From Octopus sinensis (Eukaryota): a stretch of 64,000 bases of DNA. How positions within the stretch are numbered: position 1 is the first letter of the stretch; each line of letters begins with the position of its first letter. Of the stretch, positions 1 to 16,380 are shown one piece after another. Below the pieces are notes generated by a model that saw nothing but the letters and a program-made list of their open reading frames with translations, was not told the DNA's origin and made no database searches. The DNA lies in contig NC_042998.1 of the NCBI RefSeq assembly GCF_006345805.1, forward strand, positions 201,624,001 through 201,688,000, written 5' to 3'. Position numbers and translations under genes: made by a program.

Positions 1-2339
1 AAAATGCTTGCAGTTTTGCGAATAATCTAAAAGCAGGCACAGACACCAAAAATTATATAGGAAAACATATATTTCAGATCTTGGGAAACCGTGTTAAGAT
101 TTTAGAGTTCATATTTAGATATTTTGTGTTGTTTTGCAACGCATATCTCATCAAATTATCTGTAATTAACAACCATTATTTCAGTTTGCGAAAGTTGTAA
201 TCACATATCATTTTCCACAGGCTGTAAAGACACTATAAATCATTATATGACATAAAGTAAGAGAAATAAAGAGAAAACAATATTTTAATAAAGTATTGGA
301 ATATTTAAGATGGATTGATTAAACAACTGAAAAATCCACTAATTAATCACGAAAGTAGATTATAAATAAATTATAAATATAATGATTCAAAATTTGATTT
401 AGCGGCGAAGAACAGAGAACAATTCAATCAACAAAAAATATCGCATTAAATATTGCCAAAATTAAATATTAGGCATGCAAAACAATTGAGGTTTTAATTT
501 CATGTTTAATAACATTGTAGTGGAATTGAATTTCAAAATGTGAGAACAATTAGGAAAAATGATAAAAGAATATAAATATATGTTTAAAATATATCATTAT
601 AAAGAAAGAATTACAAAAACATTGAATCGTTTTTTGAACTCCTAAGAAAATATTTATTATAAATGTTCTGAAGAAATTAAGAGATTTGTTTTGTTAACTT
701 AGTCTGATTATAGATAAATCTATTTTCGTGTTGAAGTAGTAATTTTTGGTATTAAAATGCTTGAAGGATGGGCTGTTGTATTGCGAAAAAGAAATATTTG
801 ATAATAAAAGTAAATAAATTTATATATTTTTGTTATTCAGTGAATAACTATAGTGTTTATAGAATATTTTGGTGTTCCAAGACTGACAGAATGAAATAAT
901 GAGTTTCTTTAATGCAGATGCAGTACAGAGCTGATAAGTCTTTACAGAACATGGGAGATTAGGGGCAAAGGGATAACTGTTTGAATAACTGCAATTAAGT
1001 GAATTCTATAACAACCCCATGAGATGCAAGCTTTGTTGTTATATATATAGTGACACTTAAAGCCGAACAGGTAAAAACAAGTGTAAATAATCAGATGATC
1101 TTTCAAATATTTCCTCTTGATCATATTTCAGTCATTAGACATTGAATGCTTTGGTGTTCGTCATGGGTAGTAGGTTTCATTAAGCAATCCAAGGAGAGTC
1201 GTCAGAAAATCTACACCCGATGCATATGATTTCAACTGTAGTTAAACCCTGTTTGAATGGTTACCTTTTTAAGAATATCTCGCAATATAATGCAGTACGT
1301 AAAAAAAAATCTCAATCTAGCACAAATGTTTATCTTATTTATAATATTCTCAATAATTGAGGCATTAATTTGGTGTAGTTATTCTTGATCGTGAAGTATT
1401 ATTGATTCGTTTATTCTTCCATCCAAATCTATAAGAGAAAATCGAATGAGTCACAAGCTGCATTATATAGGCCTCTCTGTTGGAAGAACCTCACTGATAT
1501 TTATTTATGATAAATTGCTGTGGTAGACGTTTAATGTTCACATCTGTAAATTAACGGTAAAAGATATTCCTGACGTTCAACACCTTACGTGCGTGTTGGA
1601 AATATAGGTTATTGGAAGAAACTGAGTAGAGGAGTTATAGTATGTTGTGGATTCGTATAAAGTTGACGAATGCGCAGCGGTAAACTTAAGCATTTTTACA
1701 AAATATGCAACCGTCAATGAAGACTATGAAATCATCAGAGATTCATTTGATGCTAAAATAGAGGCAGTGTCGAAAAAGGGGGTTTCCTTCACATGCACAA
1801 AGACTGCATTTGAAGAAGCTAAATAAGGCATTCCCCTTCCGCTGCTGCAGATATTTGCAATGGTCAAACTCTATCCTAAGAACCACCATAGGAGATGACC
1901 AGAATCATAACTGCATATTAGATAACACATTTATGTTGCACGTCTCTTTGTTCCAACCAAGTGGAAGGTTTTGTTATAGATGAAGTTCTCAGAAACGTCG
2001 GAAAATTTTCAATGCCGTACGCTAGGACAATTGCTGTGAGGATGCATGCTCTCAGTGAATTTTGAATTGCTCTTCAGCGATGCCTTACAGATATTTACTG
2101 AAAAATGAGTAGTACTAAAATAGAAATATTAATTGCTAATGAATATTTATATTATTTGAAATTTTGGAAATGACGTAAATATTTTCAGGTCTCTCTTTGT
2201 GTATGACGCTATATATATTTTTAGGAGAATGGGATACGCGACTGAAGAAGTATGGGAACTTTTGATGCGGTACTAGTAGGGATGGTGAGTACATCTAGCT
2301 AGTTACCTTTTCTGTCATAGGCAGAAGGCTAGAACTTTT

Positions 2340-2512
2340 GTTGGGACGGGGATAGCCAATTACATCGATCCCGGTATAACCTGTTACCTTTTATCGACCC
2401 CTGATAGAATGCAAAGCCTAGTTGACCTCGGCGGACCTCGGCGGTCCCCCGAATGTAAAGACGGACGAAATGCCACTAAGCATCTTGCCTGGCACGGTAA
2501 AGATTATGCCAG
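2340..2512 (-). mobile_element. Old, diverged tRNA-derived SINE (family B-like variant)
   Basis: ttacatcgatccc...ttttatcgacccc...gttgacctcggcgga...gacggacgaaatgcc...ttatgccagc aligns to the reverse complement of the SINE at 26806-27036. Confidence 0.6.
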
Positions 2513-5215
2513 CACAAGAATATGAGAAAGATAAAATGGCTTACAGCGCCAGAGTTTTGTACGTACTTATAACGTATCCTTGCTAGCGGTAAGACTTGTG
2601 AGATGGAAACGGAATTGTTCAGAAAAAAAGCGTTTTACGATATGTGTTACGTAGAATTTGAGACAAAAAGGCAGTGAGTCAGGTGAATTATGGGTAGCAC
2701 GATGTAGCTAAATTGGCAGAGGTTCTTTCATCAAGAATTGGATTAAAACCGGATTTAATGCTGGGGATAAACGTTCCACAATTATAAGAAATATGGTGTT
2801 TAGCCCAGGAGTTGTAAACTCTATTTTCTTCCAGAAACATGCGAGTTATTTGATAGATTGAATGTTGCGAGATTTATTTATTTGAAATTTGTGAACTAAC
2901 GGATTTAGATAATCTAAATTTCTCTATAGATAAGTCGGAGATGAAGTGCATGCATAACCAGAAATACGTCAACAACAGGTAGTTCGTTATTTTAGTGATT
3001 ACCTGTCTGCAATGAGTATATTCTAAGTATTATGTGCCTGTTGGTTTTTATATAGATATCTGATGAGTAGACGATATTTGGCTTGGACAAACGATCTTAA
3101 ATGTTGCAGAGGTATTGGTTATAATGGAGTTTTAATATTGGAAATACATCAATGAGTGATTTGCGATACGTATAGCAATTTTTTTCTTTTTGTTAGAAGT
3201 TGACAAGTGAGTTAGCTTGAATAAAGTTTTACAAATAATGAACGAGGGGTCTTCTTCCTTAGCTTTTAGCTTCATTTGGGTATAGATGTACAGCGTCGTT
3301 ACCTCAAATTACAATTTCTATGAAACCTGACCTCGCCGATGCAGCTGACGTGCTCAATCACTTTCAGAATAATCAGAAATAGCTTCAGAGATACGAAACT
3401 GAATTAGGATCAAAAGCTGGTGAAGTCGCGTGTACTATTTTAACACTGTGTACAGTAAGTTCTAGTTGTGAAGGAGTGCTGAGTCAACATGGAAATTATT
3501 GAAAAACTATTACAGGTTTTCTATAAACTATTGAATGGGACATATTATTATATAACAGTAACATAAACCCTTTAGTTTACAAACCTCAAAGAATGTGTTC
3601 ATTATATATTACACAGTTGTGAGAAAAACAAAACGAAATATAGTCAAAATGCGGCTTATATGTGTTGGTTTAAAGAGGTCTCCGTGTAATGATGGCTTTT
3701 TATGAACTTGATTTGTTACATAAATTTTACGGTCAACCAGAAACCAGTACAGTACACGCAATGAGTGAGCGATTGACTAATATTGTCTTACAACATTGAT
3801 CCTAGTAGATATCGCCTTATTTCGGGGTAGTTTGACAAGTCATTTCTTAGACGTATTGGTATATTTCATGGTTTCCCTATCATCAGTTCCCATACATTCC
3901 ACCAATGCCTCGTCTTCTCTCATATTAGAATTATTTAATCTACTCCATTTTCAAAGGCGCGCTCAACTAAATTTTATTGTGTGCCATGTACATAAAATTT
4001 CTTCAGTCATTTGAAGTGCAATCTTCTATAATGATCAAATTCATTTTATGAGTATAATAACACAATACGTTAGATTGTATCTGAAGAGCGTCATATTCAG
4101 TCACAGTATTTTAACAGAAACATCTTTAAAATCTATTTCCGTTTTAGACCATTAAGAATTTTCACCGAGATATTAATTGAATATATTTAATAATTTTTCC
4201 TTGCAGTGATTTTCCATTACTAACGTTCAGTCTCACAATTTTCTAAGAATAGTATTTCTCTGCTGTTCTTATGCAATCTCAGATTATATATAAACTTTTA
4301 TATAAACGTCAGAAATTCACCATGTCATCTAGAATTCTTTCTGGAGAAATCTACATGTTCTTCATTTTATCGTAAATATAGAATATTTATAAATGGCAGA
4401 ATTCTATTTCCATATATACAAACACTTAAGAGCATGTGTTTTATAAAGTAGTTGATTCATAATTAAAATAGTAACTTAATCATTTAGACATACTATATGA
4501 AAAAGAATTTATATTTATAAAAAGATGGCAACGTACGTGACAGTGTGCCAGAGTCTGAGACTAGAACATATGTCAATTCCTATAAATATTTTAATAATCA
4601 TAGAAATTTCTTTCACAATTATTAATATCTCATGAATATTATTATTTAGAAACATAAATAAAAAGAAATAGAGTAAAAGTTTTCTACGTGGTCATATGTA
4701 ACCTATATAAAATATATTAAACGTGAGATTAAAGCAATTGTTATTTCTTACGTTAGTACAAACCCTCTCAGGCTGATTAAGTGTAATCCAGTAAACAAAC
4801 AGACCAACAATATATCACAGATGAAATGTTGGTGGAACTAATTTTTAAAGACAACAGAATACTAAACCTTAGTTTGGAAAAAACAGACTACGAGATTGCA
4901 TAAGAACAACACAGAAATATTATTCTTAGAAAGAAGTCGAGCAGTTAACGTGAATTATTTGGGAGTGTTTTGCTTTTGATTCGTTCTCCTTTGCTTTTAT
5001 ATTTTGTTTGTTTTCTGGTGTTGATTTTCTTTTTACCACGTACACGCGCACACACACAGCGCCCAGCCTCGCTAACCCTCCATCCCATATATATATATAT
5101 ATACGAAAGAAGGTTTGAAAATGCAGTTTTAAAATATATTACATCTTTTAAAATTGCATTTTCAAACTTTTTCATATATAATTCCACTCGTGCGGTAACT
5201 AACAACTTCACTTTG

Positions 5216-5249
<34 letters not shown>

Positions 5250-5418
5250 CATTTCTTTCTCTTTTGCCTGCGTTGTTTGCCTTTTAATTGCTGTGGTTTT
5301 ACTGGGATCTCCCTTTTAAGTAGAAAGGATAGCCATAACTCTTTGACTGCTATTTCTAAATTCGGTGTGTGGTGAGGCAAATCGTTGCTAAACCCTTAAT
5401 TACTTAGTATATATATAT

Positions 5419-5467
<49 letters not shown>

Positions 5468-6137
5468 AGCAGTCTACTGTAATTCTACGTTCAGTGCATT
5501 CACTGTAATTTTCTGTGAAATGATTACTATTTTGCTTATATAGGTGCACCTAAACGTATTATAGCTTTGCAGTTCACTGGATATATTTTGAGTAGTAATG
5601 TACGTTAGATGTTTTCGTAGATTTAGTTCTGATTTAAGAATTCTATGTTTTATGCCCTGAATACTCTAAAAGTTATAGACTTGTTTTTATTAATTGTCCT
5701 CATTTGCATATTTGTTTGTCATTTATTCGTCGTTTATGTTTCATTAAATATTCTATCTTTCGAATGTTGTGATTGTAAATCTGGAAACGGAAACCGTAAT
5801 TCCTGTTGTGTCTAGGTGTTCTTGTTTTAGTTTCATTACTCTATTGTTCCGTTCTTCTTTACATTTTACGTGCAATTTCACCGAACACGTTCCACATTTA
5901 GCTAGGACTGAATAATATGGAATAATTTGTAATGCTTCTGACTTTTCGTGGTGGACGAAATCTCACGAGTGATAATTTTAGTTGCGTTTCATTGATGTGT
6001 ACGCTCTTAAGATAATACACTTACGAATTCAAACATTTGACATACAATTTTGATATGACATGAAAATGAACCAATTTCCCTAAGTTTATGCAAATTTTCG
6101 GTGTTGTAAATTTTCCACAGATATTTCATTGATAGCA

Positions 6138-6214
<77 letters not shown>

Positions 6215-8164
6215 TTATTTATTTATATATAATATATATATATGTGTATGTATGTATGTATGTACATTTATTAACGGATAGATCTATGTATTGCAGGGGT
6301 TGTTTCGTTGTTTTAAGATTTGTCTTTATTCGACGCTATGGTTTCCTTTGATCTAGGAATTGTAACTGGTGTTATGTTAGTGTTCAGAAATGCATTCTTC
6401 GTGTAATATGTGCTATCTTTTAATGTGGTGATTGTGAGTGCGAATTGAGGAGAGGGTACAAAATGTGTATTTGAATTGGACGTTCTGCCAATTCAAGATA
6501 ACTGATATGATTTTCCGAGCTCCGTGATACTGTATTATATCTATTAACACCATCATGTGATAAGCAAAATCATTTCAACGTCAATTGAAGCACATTAACC
6601 AAAACTTTGATTTTATATCTTCGCTTTGTTATAGATGGCATCGACTAGGCTGCTTCTTTCAAAAGGGATCACATTGTGCGATTATTCTATCACTTTCATG
6701 TTCTTAAGAGTTTCATTAGAATTTATTCGGTTTCAGCAGTGGTACATACGTTCATATATGTAATATATATATGTTTACAAACCACATCATTTTCTGCATA
6801 TACTGAGATTTATATGTTTTCTAGTATTACTTACGTGATTCACAGTTTGTGTAAAATAGATCCAGCGAGCATTGAGCTGGGTGATTCTCGACTTTCGCAT
6901 GCATTTTGTGAATGTTGAGAAACAGCTCAATGACACGCTGTGATTGTGTAAGGCATTATTTTGGGTACTATTTTCATGTATGACATTCTGTTTATTCAGT
7001 TATTAAACATCATAGTTATTTGACAGTTTCTCTTTGTACTTGCGGGCGATATTATGCTCCTAATAGATCGTGATGTCTCTCACAAAACATATTTCTATAT
7101 CTCTCCCCCAGAAAACTTTTCACATCTCTATGACTAGCTTCACTTGACAAGCTTGTCAGCTTGAGCTGCGTGACGGAGAGGTAGGTTGCCCGATGGTAAT
7201 CATGTACCATGTTTGATATATATAAAAATATCAATTTGCATTCTTTCGAATTCGAACTGGAAATAGCTGCTGGCATTGTGTATTTGGATATATGCATAAT
7301 GCGCAAGAACTGAATAGCGAAAAATGAAATGGATACTCAACTCAGCTTAACTGATTACATAATTTGTTTACTTGATAGCTTCTGGTTACATTCATTTTAT
7401 AATTAACTTTATGTCGTTACACATTAATACTTGTACAGCTACAGTATAATATTTCGTTCTTGATTTCAAGCGAGGTTTTTTTGGGGTTTTTTTTCCTATT
7501 ATTGAATTTTATCATATCTCACATTTACGTATTGACTAAGGAACATTTTCTTGTTTCGATTTACTCGATATTGTCTTGGCTATGTTTTTAAAAATTTAAA
7601 TCATTGTAATAAGCGTCTACTTTCGTATATATTGCTTTCTCTCCACGTTCCATATGTTCACTTTGTTTCCTTCTCAATGTTCCCTTTGGTGACTTCGAAG
7701 TCTTTCTTTTCCAATTATTACAAGTAGCAGAATTTGTATTATGCTTAGTCCATTACGAGTGTAGGGCAAGCATATTGTAAATCTTTTTGTAATTACACGA
7801 GATGAGATGGTCAATTGAAGTATAAGTACCATTTTTAAAAGAAAATCACTATTTGTAATTTCTTATTGGTAGACACTGAGCCTGAGTTGTTATAATGAAA
7901 CCCTCTCTTTCTAAAACCAGATTCTGACAGCAATTGATATCTCATATATATATAAAAATCTGTATCGATCATCCTTACAACGTATTTACGATGTATTGCC
8001 TTACTTTTCCACCTATAACGCAGTTCTGATATTTGGTTTATGTTTCATATAGATGCGCATCAAACTTGATGATCTTTAATTGCTTCACATATTTTGTTTT
8101 TCTCTTGATATTGAGTGTAATTTCTTAATTTTTTTAAGGCAAATAAGTTCACGTGTCTAGTCAT

Positions 8165-8410
8165 TAGTGATCATTTGATGTTTTTCTATCTGCTGTTTGG
8201 AGATAATTTTGGTGGCATCACGTTATGTATTTCATCCTTTCTTGAGATGCGTATTTTAATTACAACGGGATTTGATTGTTTTATGAGGTATACCAATTTT
8301 AATTATATCATTAATGGACAATTTTATGATATTAAAATTGTAGATCAGAACAGTCATAGCCAAGGCACGGATAGCCCCAACCCTGTTTGTGGCATTAACT
8401 TGGTCTTTTT
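8165..8410 (+). pseudogene. Possible highly decayed Penelope-like reverse transcriptase fragment
   Basis: SFDV at about 8170 and, about 60 codons later in another frame, MDNFMIL..IRTVIAKARIAPTL, resembling PLE RT motifs A (xSFDV) and B' (GxAMGT..APT). No clear YxDD motif. Confidence 0.3.
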
Positions 8411-9446
8411 AAAACAACACTTAAAGTTATATCTCGTGTTTATTTCCTGTATCCATCTGTTCAACTCGTTAGGAATAGTTCAAAATGCATCTATAACGAC
8501 AAAGGATAAGTTTTACCCGACCTTCTTTTGTGAAAAAAAAAACCAGTACAGTTTTTTTGTGGCCTATGTATTTTATTTTGTGTATTGGTTTCTTTGTTTC
8601 TGTTGTATGGAAATCACCGCTCGAAATTATACGTGGTGCCTTCTAGTTGTGATAGCGTTATTCAGTCTTTCATTCATGTTTGAATTTGGAATGACCATCA
8701 TACATTACTTATTATTTGCAAGACTCCACTATTACCAAGAACTTTTCTGTCTTCAGCCAAAATTTCTTATAATTCTCCAAAGAAATATTGTTGTTTTTTT
8801 GTTATAGATAATGTAGTATGATTTGTGTACATGTTAAAAAATAAATAGATTATATCCGTCAAATGTTATGTCGATTTGCCGCCAAATATGGGTAGGAGTT
8901 AAAAACCGAGTAAATGTAAAGATGATATTTAGAATTGAATAACATAGATAACCAAGGAAAAAAAATGAGATATATTATGAGATAGCAAAAGCTTCTATTG
9001 CAGAAATGATATGCTGATATTTCTCAGTGACTACATGGAGACATGATGGTACATAAATTACCTTCTGTGACCGAATGAAAAATGTATAAGCGAAGAGATT
9101 TTTTGCTTCACGTAGTGCTTACTTATTTTGTACATTCTAAATTTCTGCAAATTTGTATATCTCTTTCCTTCAATTCTGTTTTCTTTCCTCCTCTCTCTCA
9201 CCCTCTTTCTCTCTCTCATTATGTACAAAGTGGTAGGTAAATGAATGCATAGATACATATACACACGTGTGCATATATTAATACACATGTGTGTATATGT
9301 ATGTATATATATATGTGTATGAGTGTGTATGCATTTATGAGTGTGTATGTATAAGAATATATATGTATATATATAGGGAGGTAGATAGATAAGTAAACAG
9401 ACATAATGATAGCTAGATAGTCAGACAGACGGATAGATAGATAGAA

Positions 9447-9488
<42 letters not shown>

Positions 9489-9543
9489 GTATAGATACAC
9501 ACACACATATATATATAATATATATAAATATATATATATATAT

Positions 9544-11790
<2,247 letters not shown>

Positions 11791-11862
11791 GTGTGTATGC
11801 ATATATTATATATATGTATATATATATATATATATATTATATATATGTGTATATAAATACAT

Positions 11863-11911
<49 letters not shown>

Positions 11912-11918
11912 ATATATA

Positions 11919-11949
<31 letters not shown>

Positions 11950-12145
11950 AATCGCTGTACAAATCCATCATTTTTTGCTAAAATGTCTTATTGAAAAGTT
12001 TCGTTTTTTTCACTTTACCGAAGAGAAGATTGCATTGTTTATACCATTTATTCTTTTGAATAGTATCAGTGGAATTTTCGAAACATGTTTCGAAAGTAAA
12101 AATACTTGATTTACACCTGCGTTAAATTCCATTTATTTATTCATA
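11950..12145 (+). repeat. Dispersed repeat fragment, unclassified; copies at about 53130-53350 and a short one at about 5100-5160
   Basis: tttgctaaaatgtcttattga...gaatagtatcagtggaattttcgaaacatg...cctgcgttaaa..ccatttattta is shared with 53150-53325. gaaagaag.tttgaaaatgcagttttaaaa is shared between 53336 and 5105. Confidence 0.8.
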
Positions 12146-12149
12146 TAGT

Positions 12150-12600
<451 letters not shown>

Positions 12601-12629
12601 TATATATGTATATATAAATATATATAATC

Positions 12630-12752
12630 GGGATCTTGGGTTTAGTAGACCGCGCTCTTAAACACTAGGCCATATGACCACCTGCATACAGCGTAGTGGT
12701 TAAGAGCGAGGTCTACTAACCCCAAGATTCCGTGTCCGATTCCATGCAGTGA
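12630..12752. repeat. Head-to-head inverted pair of family C tRNA-like SINE heads (hairpin)
   Basis: gggatcttgggtttagtagaccgcgctcttaaacacta (12630-12667) is the near reverse complement of tagtggttaagagcgaggtctactaaccccaagattcc (12694-12731). Confidence 0.85.
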
Positions 12753-12925
12753 CATGAAAAAAAGAGAACGATAGTATAAGTACTAGGTTTACAAAGAATA
12801 AAGTTCTGGGGTCGATTTGCTCGACTAAAGGCGGTGCTCCACCATGGCCACAGTCAAATGACTGAAACAAGTAAATATGTATATATAAATATATATAATC
12901 GGGATCTTGGGTTTAGTAGCCCATC

Positions 12926-12969
<44 letters not shown>

Positions 12970-12990
12970 TTAATATTAATAATAATAGTA

Positions 12991-13371
12991 ATACCAATGA
13001 TTAGCAAAATGTGGAACATGAAGAGTAAAACAATACCTGTTTTCATACGTACAATGATAGCAATAGGGGCTGATTGCTACGTTGCTCAGATACCTGGAAA
13101 CTCCAAAATGGCAGAAATGCATAAAATAGTGCTCATGGGAACTGCTCATATCCTACGCAAAATACTTTCTATGTAATCTCAAATTTTAAAACAAACATAA
13201 TTTTCTTATGGTTTCTTAAACACTCTCTAGTACACCACTTTGTACATAACCAAATATATGGCACCCTAGGAATAACACCAACATGAACTTTCAACTTGTT
13301 GTCTCATGAGTTCTCTGGGTGAGACTTGGAAGCCAGCTTGTACAAACGTAAAGCAAAAGTCAAACATAAAA
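12991..13371 (+). mobile_element. R4/Dong-type REL retrotransposon, 3' fragment plus 3' UTR
   Basis: ISKMWNMKSKTIPV...QIPGNSKMAEMHKIVLMGTAHILRKILSM* matches the REL C-terminus at 22820-23173. TAA repeats on both sides. Confidence 0.85.
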
Positions 13372-13384
13372 TAATAATTATAAT

Positions 13385-13545
13385 AACAACAACAACAAAA
13401 ATTACTTAGGAATGAGAACCCATGTTCGAAAACTCCCCAAGTCACCTAATGAGGGCTAGAGTGTATATCAGCCGAAAAGTTGTGTTAACAACAAACAAGA
13501 TGAGGAAAGATATCCGTGAATTGTAAATAATGTAAATAATGTATG
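13385..13545 (+). mobile_element. Family C element tail with degenerate hammerhead ribozyme motif
   Basis: GTCAC-CTAATGA-G-GGCT..AGCC-GAA-AAGT-T-GTGTT at 13441-13486, with the same downstream tail (aacaacaaacaagatgagga...tgtaaataatgtaaataat) as the copies at 31.5 and 51.9 kb. Confidence 0.75.
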
Positions 13546-13597
13546 ATAAAATTACTTGAAAATAGATGCGTGGCGTTCAATTAAATCATAATATAAA

Positions 13598-14263
13598 TCT
13601 AAATAATAAGTGGAAAGTTTATGTTCGTGAATTTGTTACTTTAAATACTCTGGGACTATCCAACACACTTTGATTAATCTTCACACGTGTGGTGGGTGTA
13701 TACACATGCCGTTACTCACGCACTGGCAAATTTTTAAAAAATCGATTTTTAATCAGCATCAATTTTTCAAATACCGTAAAACTTCGACATTTTTTCGCAC
13801 TAGCCATCGCGACATCAATTTGACATCATTGGAATAAACAGACTTATTAACGGTAATCTATTTAGCATTTGCCAATTTTTCATATCAATGTGAATTGTTT
13901 TGGTTTGCTAAAACTTATTATTTCAATTTGTTGTTTTAATTCCCCTACGTTTCAGGTATTGATTAGGTTAAGAACATTTTATTTCTCAAACACAATTTAG
14001 GCACTTTGCACAATAGCCATCGTGACATCAATTTGACGTTACCTGCTCCAAAGCATAAAATCTCTCCCTTTTATGCACATGCACAAAAAATAGACGACGA
14101 CATGCGTTCGCTAGCAGACTCTGCTCAGTTTTTTGCGAAATTGGTCATACCCATTAATATAGATTTTGAAATTCGGAAAAATGTCGAAATTTGGCGGAAA
14201 ATGTTTCATGTCTATAAACATACATCCTATTAACGGTAATTTTTTACCGGGTACCTAAGCTAG
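13598..14263 (+). mobile_element. Complete non-autonomous Helitron
   Basis: Starts A|TC at 13597/13598 and ends CTAG|T at 14260-14263. Subterminal hairpin CGGTAA-TTTT-TTACCG at 14234-14249. Internal duplicated blocks at 13801 and 14015. Confidence 0.8.
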
Positions 14264-14271
14264 TAATATAT

Positions 14272-14329
<58 letters not shown>

Positions 14330-14613
14330 GGGAAAAAGGGAATTAGAGAGGATAGGAAAGAAAACAGTAAATAGTAGAGTAGCATCGAAAAGGTTAAGAT
14401 AAACTTACTTGGAAATGGATGCGTAGTTTTCAATTAAATGATAATACAAGCACAGTTGCTAGTTAGAATATCTCAATAAGAGATGGAAGTAGTAAATATG
14501 TTAGGAAGTAATGCTTATCGCCACATCAATATGGCTGTTCGACGTTACTGCAGTTTTAACCCCAGCAGATTCTCTGCCAGCTGGTTGCCGATGCATACTG
14601 CACCCTCTACATA

Positions 14614-14818
14614 CAGTAATTCCTCGACTATCACGAGTATTAGCTTCCAAAATCTCCCACAGAAATAATTACAATCTAAAACAATATAAATACCTATCGG
14701 CCGCAGAAACTCGAATATACTGAGTTGTCTGCGATATGAATTTACATGTATTAGCTAGAGAAATCCTCGATGTACTGAGTGCGTGATAGGTAAAACGTGA
14801 AATGGCGAAAGATTACTG
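14614..14818. mobile_element. MITE of Tc1/pogo (Tigger-like) type
   Basis: TA|CAGTAATTCCTCG at the left end and GATTACTG|TA at the right end: short terminal inverted repeats with a TA duplication. Confidence 0.55.
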
Positions 14819-15167
14819 TATTGCAAGCAGGGGACCGAGCCCCTACCATCCTCTAGGAAACAATGGGATTACGAGACAACAATTTCGTTCTACTTGTTCC
14901 CATCTTCAGTTGCGAAACTAAGTGACCATCAGTTATTGAAATTATCTAACTAGCGATTCGCATATTGCAGGATGACTGACCGACAGTCGCTCAGTTTTCT
15001 ATATATTGCGGTCTGTAGCAAATTCCCACTATTTCTATAAAGCAGAAATGTTTCGTGCGACCTCACTTTCTTTTTCGTTTCTCTTCCTCTCTTCCAGCTA
15101 CCTTACCTATCTCTTGCTTTCTATCTCTATGCTCTCCGACACTTATTCATTTCTCACTCTTCCCAAT

Positions 15168-15396
15168 ATACTCTTTTTACTCTTTTATTTGATTCAGTCA
15201 TTTGACTGCGGCCATGCTGGAGCACCGCCTTTTTAGTCGAGCAAATCGACCACGGGACTTATTCTTTGTAAGCCCAGTACTTATTCTATCGGTCTCTTTT
15301 GCCGAACCACTAAGTGATGGGGACGTAAAAACACCAGCATCGGTTGTCAAGCAATGCTAGGGGGACAAACACAGACACACAAACACATACACACAT

Positions 15397-15427
<31 letters not shown>

Positions 15428-15601
15428 ATATACATACATATATACGACAGGCTTCTTTCAGTTTCCGTCTACCAAATCCACTCACAAGGCATTGGTCGGC
15501 CCGAGGCTATAGCAGAAGACACTTGCCCAAGATGCCACGCAGTGGGACTGAACCCGGAACCATGTGGTTGGTTAGCAAGCTACTTACCACACAGCCACTC
15601 C
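15168..15601 (-). mobile_element. SINE family A, near full length
   Basis: Reverse complement of 46986-47374, including the tRNA-like head (ggctgtgtggtaag...ggttccgggttcagtccc). Confidence 0.92.
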
Positions 15602-15949
15602 AGCATATCATGTAACCCGTGACATTACCCAATTCTTTGCCGCTTGACCGCTTAACCTTTCTCGTTTCACTGCTGGCACATTCAGTCACGTTTCTCTCTG
15701 CTTAACCATTTCTTCTGTCTTTTCAACACAAGTTTTGTTCTTTCTCCGTTCATTTTTCTCAGTTTTCCATCTGTCCACTTTCCATTTCCAATTGTATAGG
15801 AAATTTTCCATTGCGTTGCTTATACACTCGTCTTGTCTTGTCTCAGAGCCACACGACCTTCAAAATGCCTCACCCAACCTCACTGGTATGAAGCCTTATC
15901 TACTCATTCCATTGATTTTTATTTGACCTCTGCTCCATTTCGGTATCAT

Positions 15950-16380
15950 CACCTCTACAGACAGATTTTATCATTCCTTTTCAACAATATCCAATGGTAG
16001 CGCATATCAAACATCTTCTAAACACTCCTCATGTAGCATCTTATATCTTTTTTCTAAACATGGGCTGCATCTAAATTGTCTTCGTGTTGAATAGTTAATT
16101 CAATGAAGTGTATCATCTTATGTTCTTCACATCATATTTTAATATCTAGCATTTTCGTTGTTGGTTTTGTGAAGATGCGTTTATGCCGAACAAGATCCGT
16201 TGCTGCCTCCCACACTTCATCTCAGTTCTCGTCATACACTGTTTGTACTGTTTGAATAACCATCTTGACTTTCACAGAGTGTTTACCGCCATTTCCGTTC
16301 TGTCTTAATACTATTAACTGTTTTCATCCGCTTCTTGGTGGCAGTATGGTACATTATGTGGACCACATATTGGCATGATA
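15950..16380 (-). pseudogene. Possible decayed RTE-type LINE 3' fragment
   Basis: Minus-strand TRTEMKC... and AAHV*KKD... loosely resemble RTE EMxML and W.GHV.R motifs. Many stops. Confidence 0.3.

Noticed and set aside
221-256. Exon-like segment (ttttccacag ... gtaaga)
   Set aside because: All three frames contain stops.
1700-1830. Similarity of NEDYEIIRDSF to RNF213-type proteins
   Set aside because: Only a few residues match from memory and the surrounding sequence does not support it.
2225-2284. Exon-like segment (tttttag ... G|gtgagt) with GEWDTR, a trypsin-like motif
   Set aside because: All three frames contain stops and no neighbouring protease exons were found; a lncRNA exon cannot be excluded.
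8175-8807. 210-aa ORF starting at TTG as a host membrane protein
   Set aside because: It is T-rich with a non-ATG start and no family motif; the weak PLE RT motifs lie in other frames.
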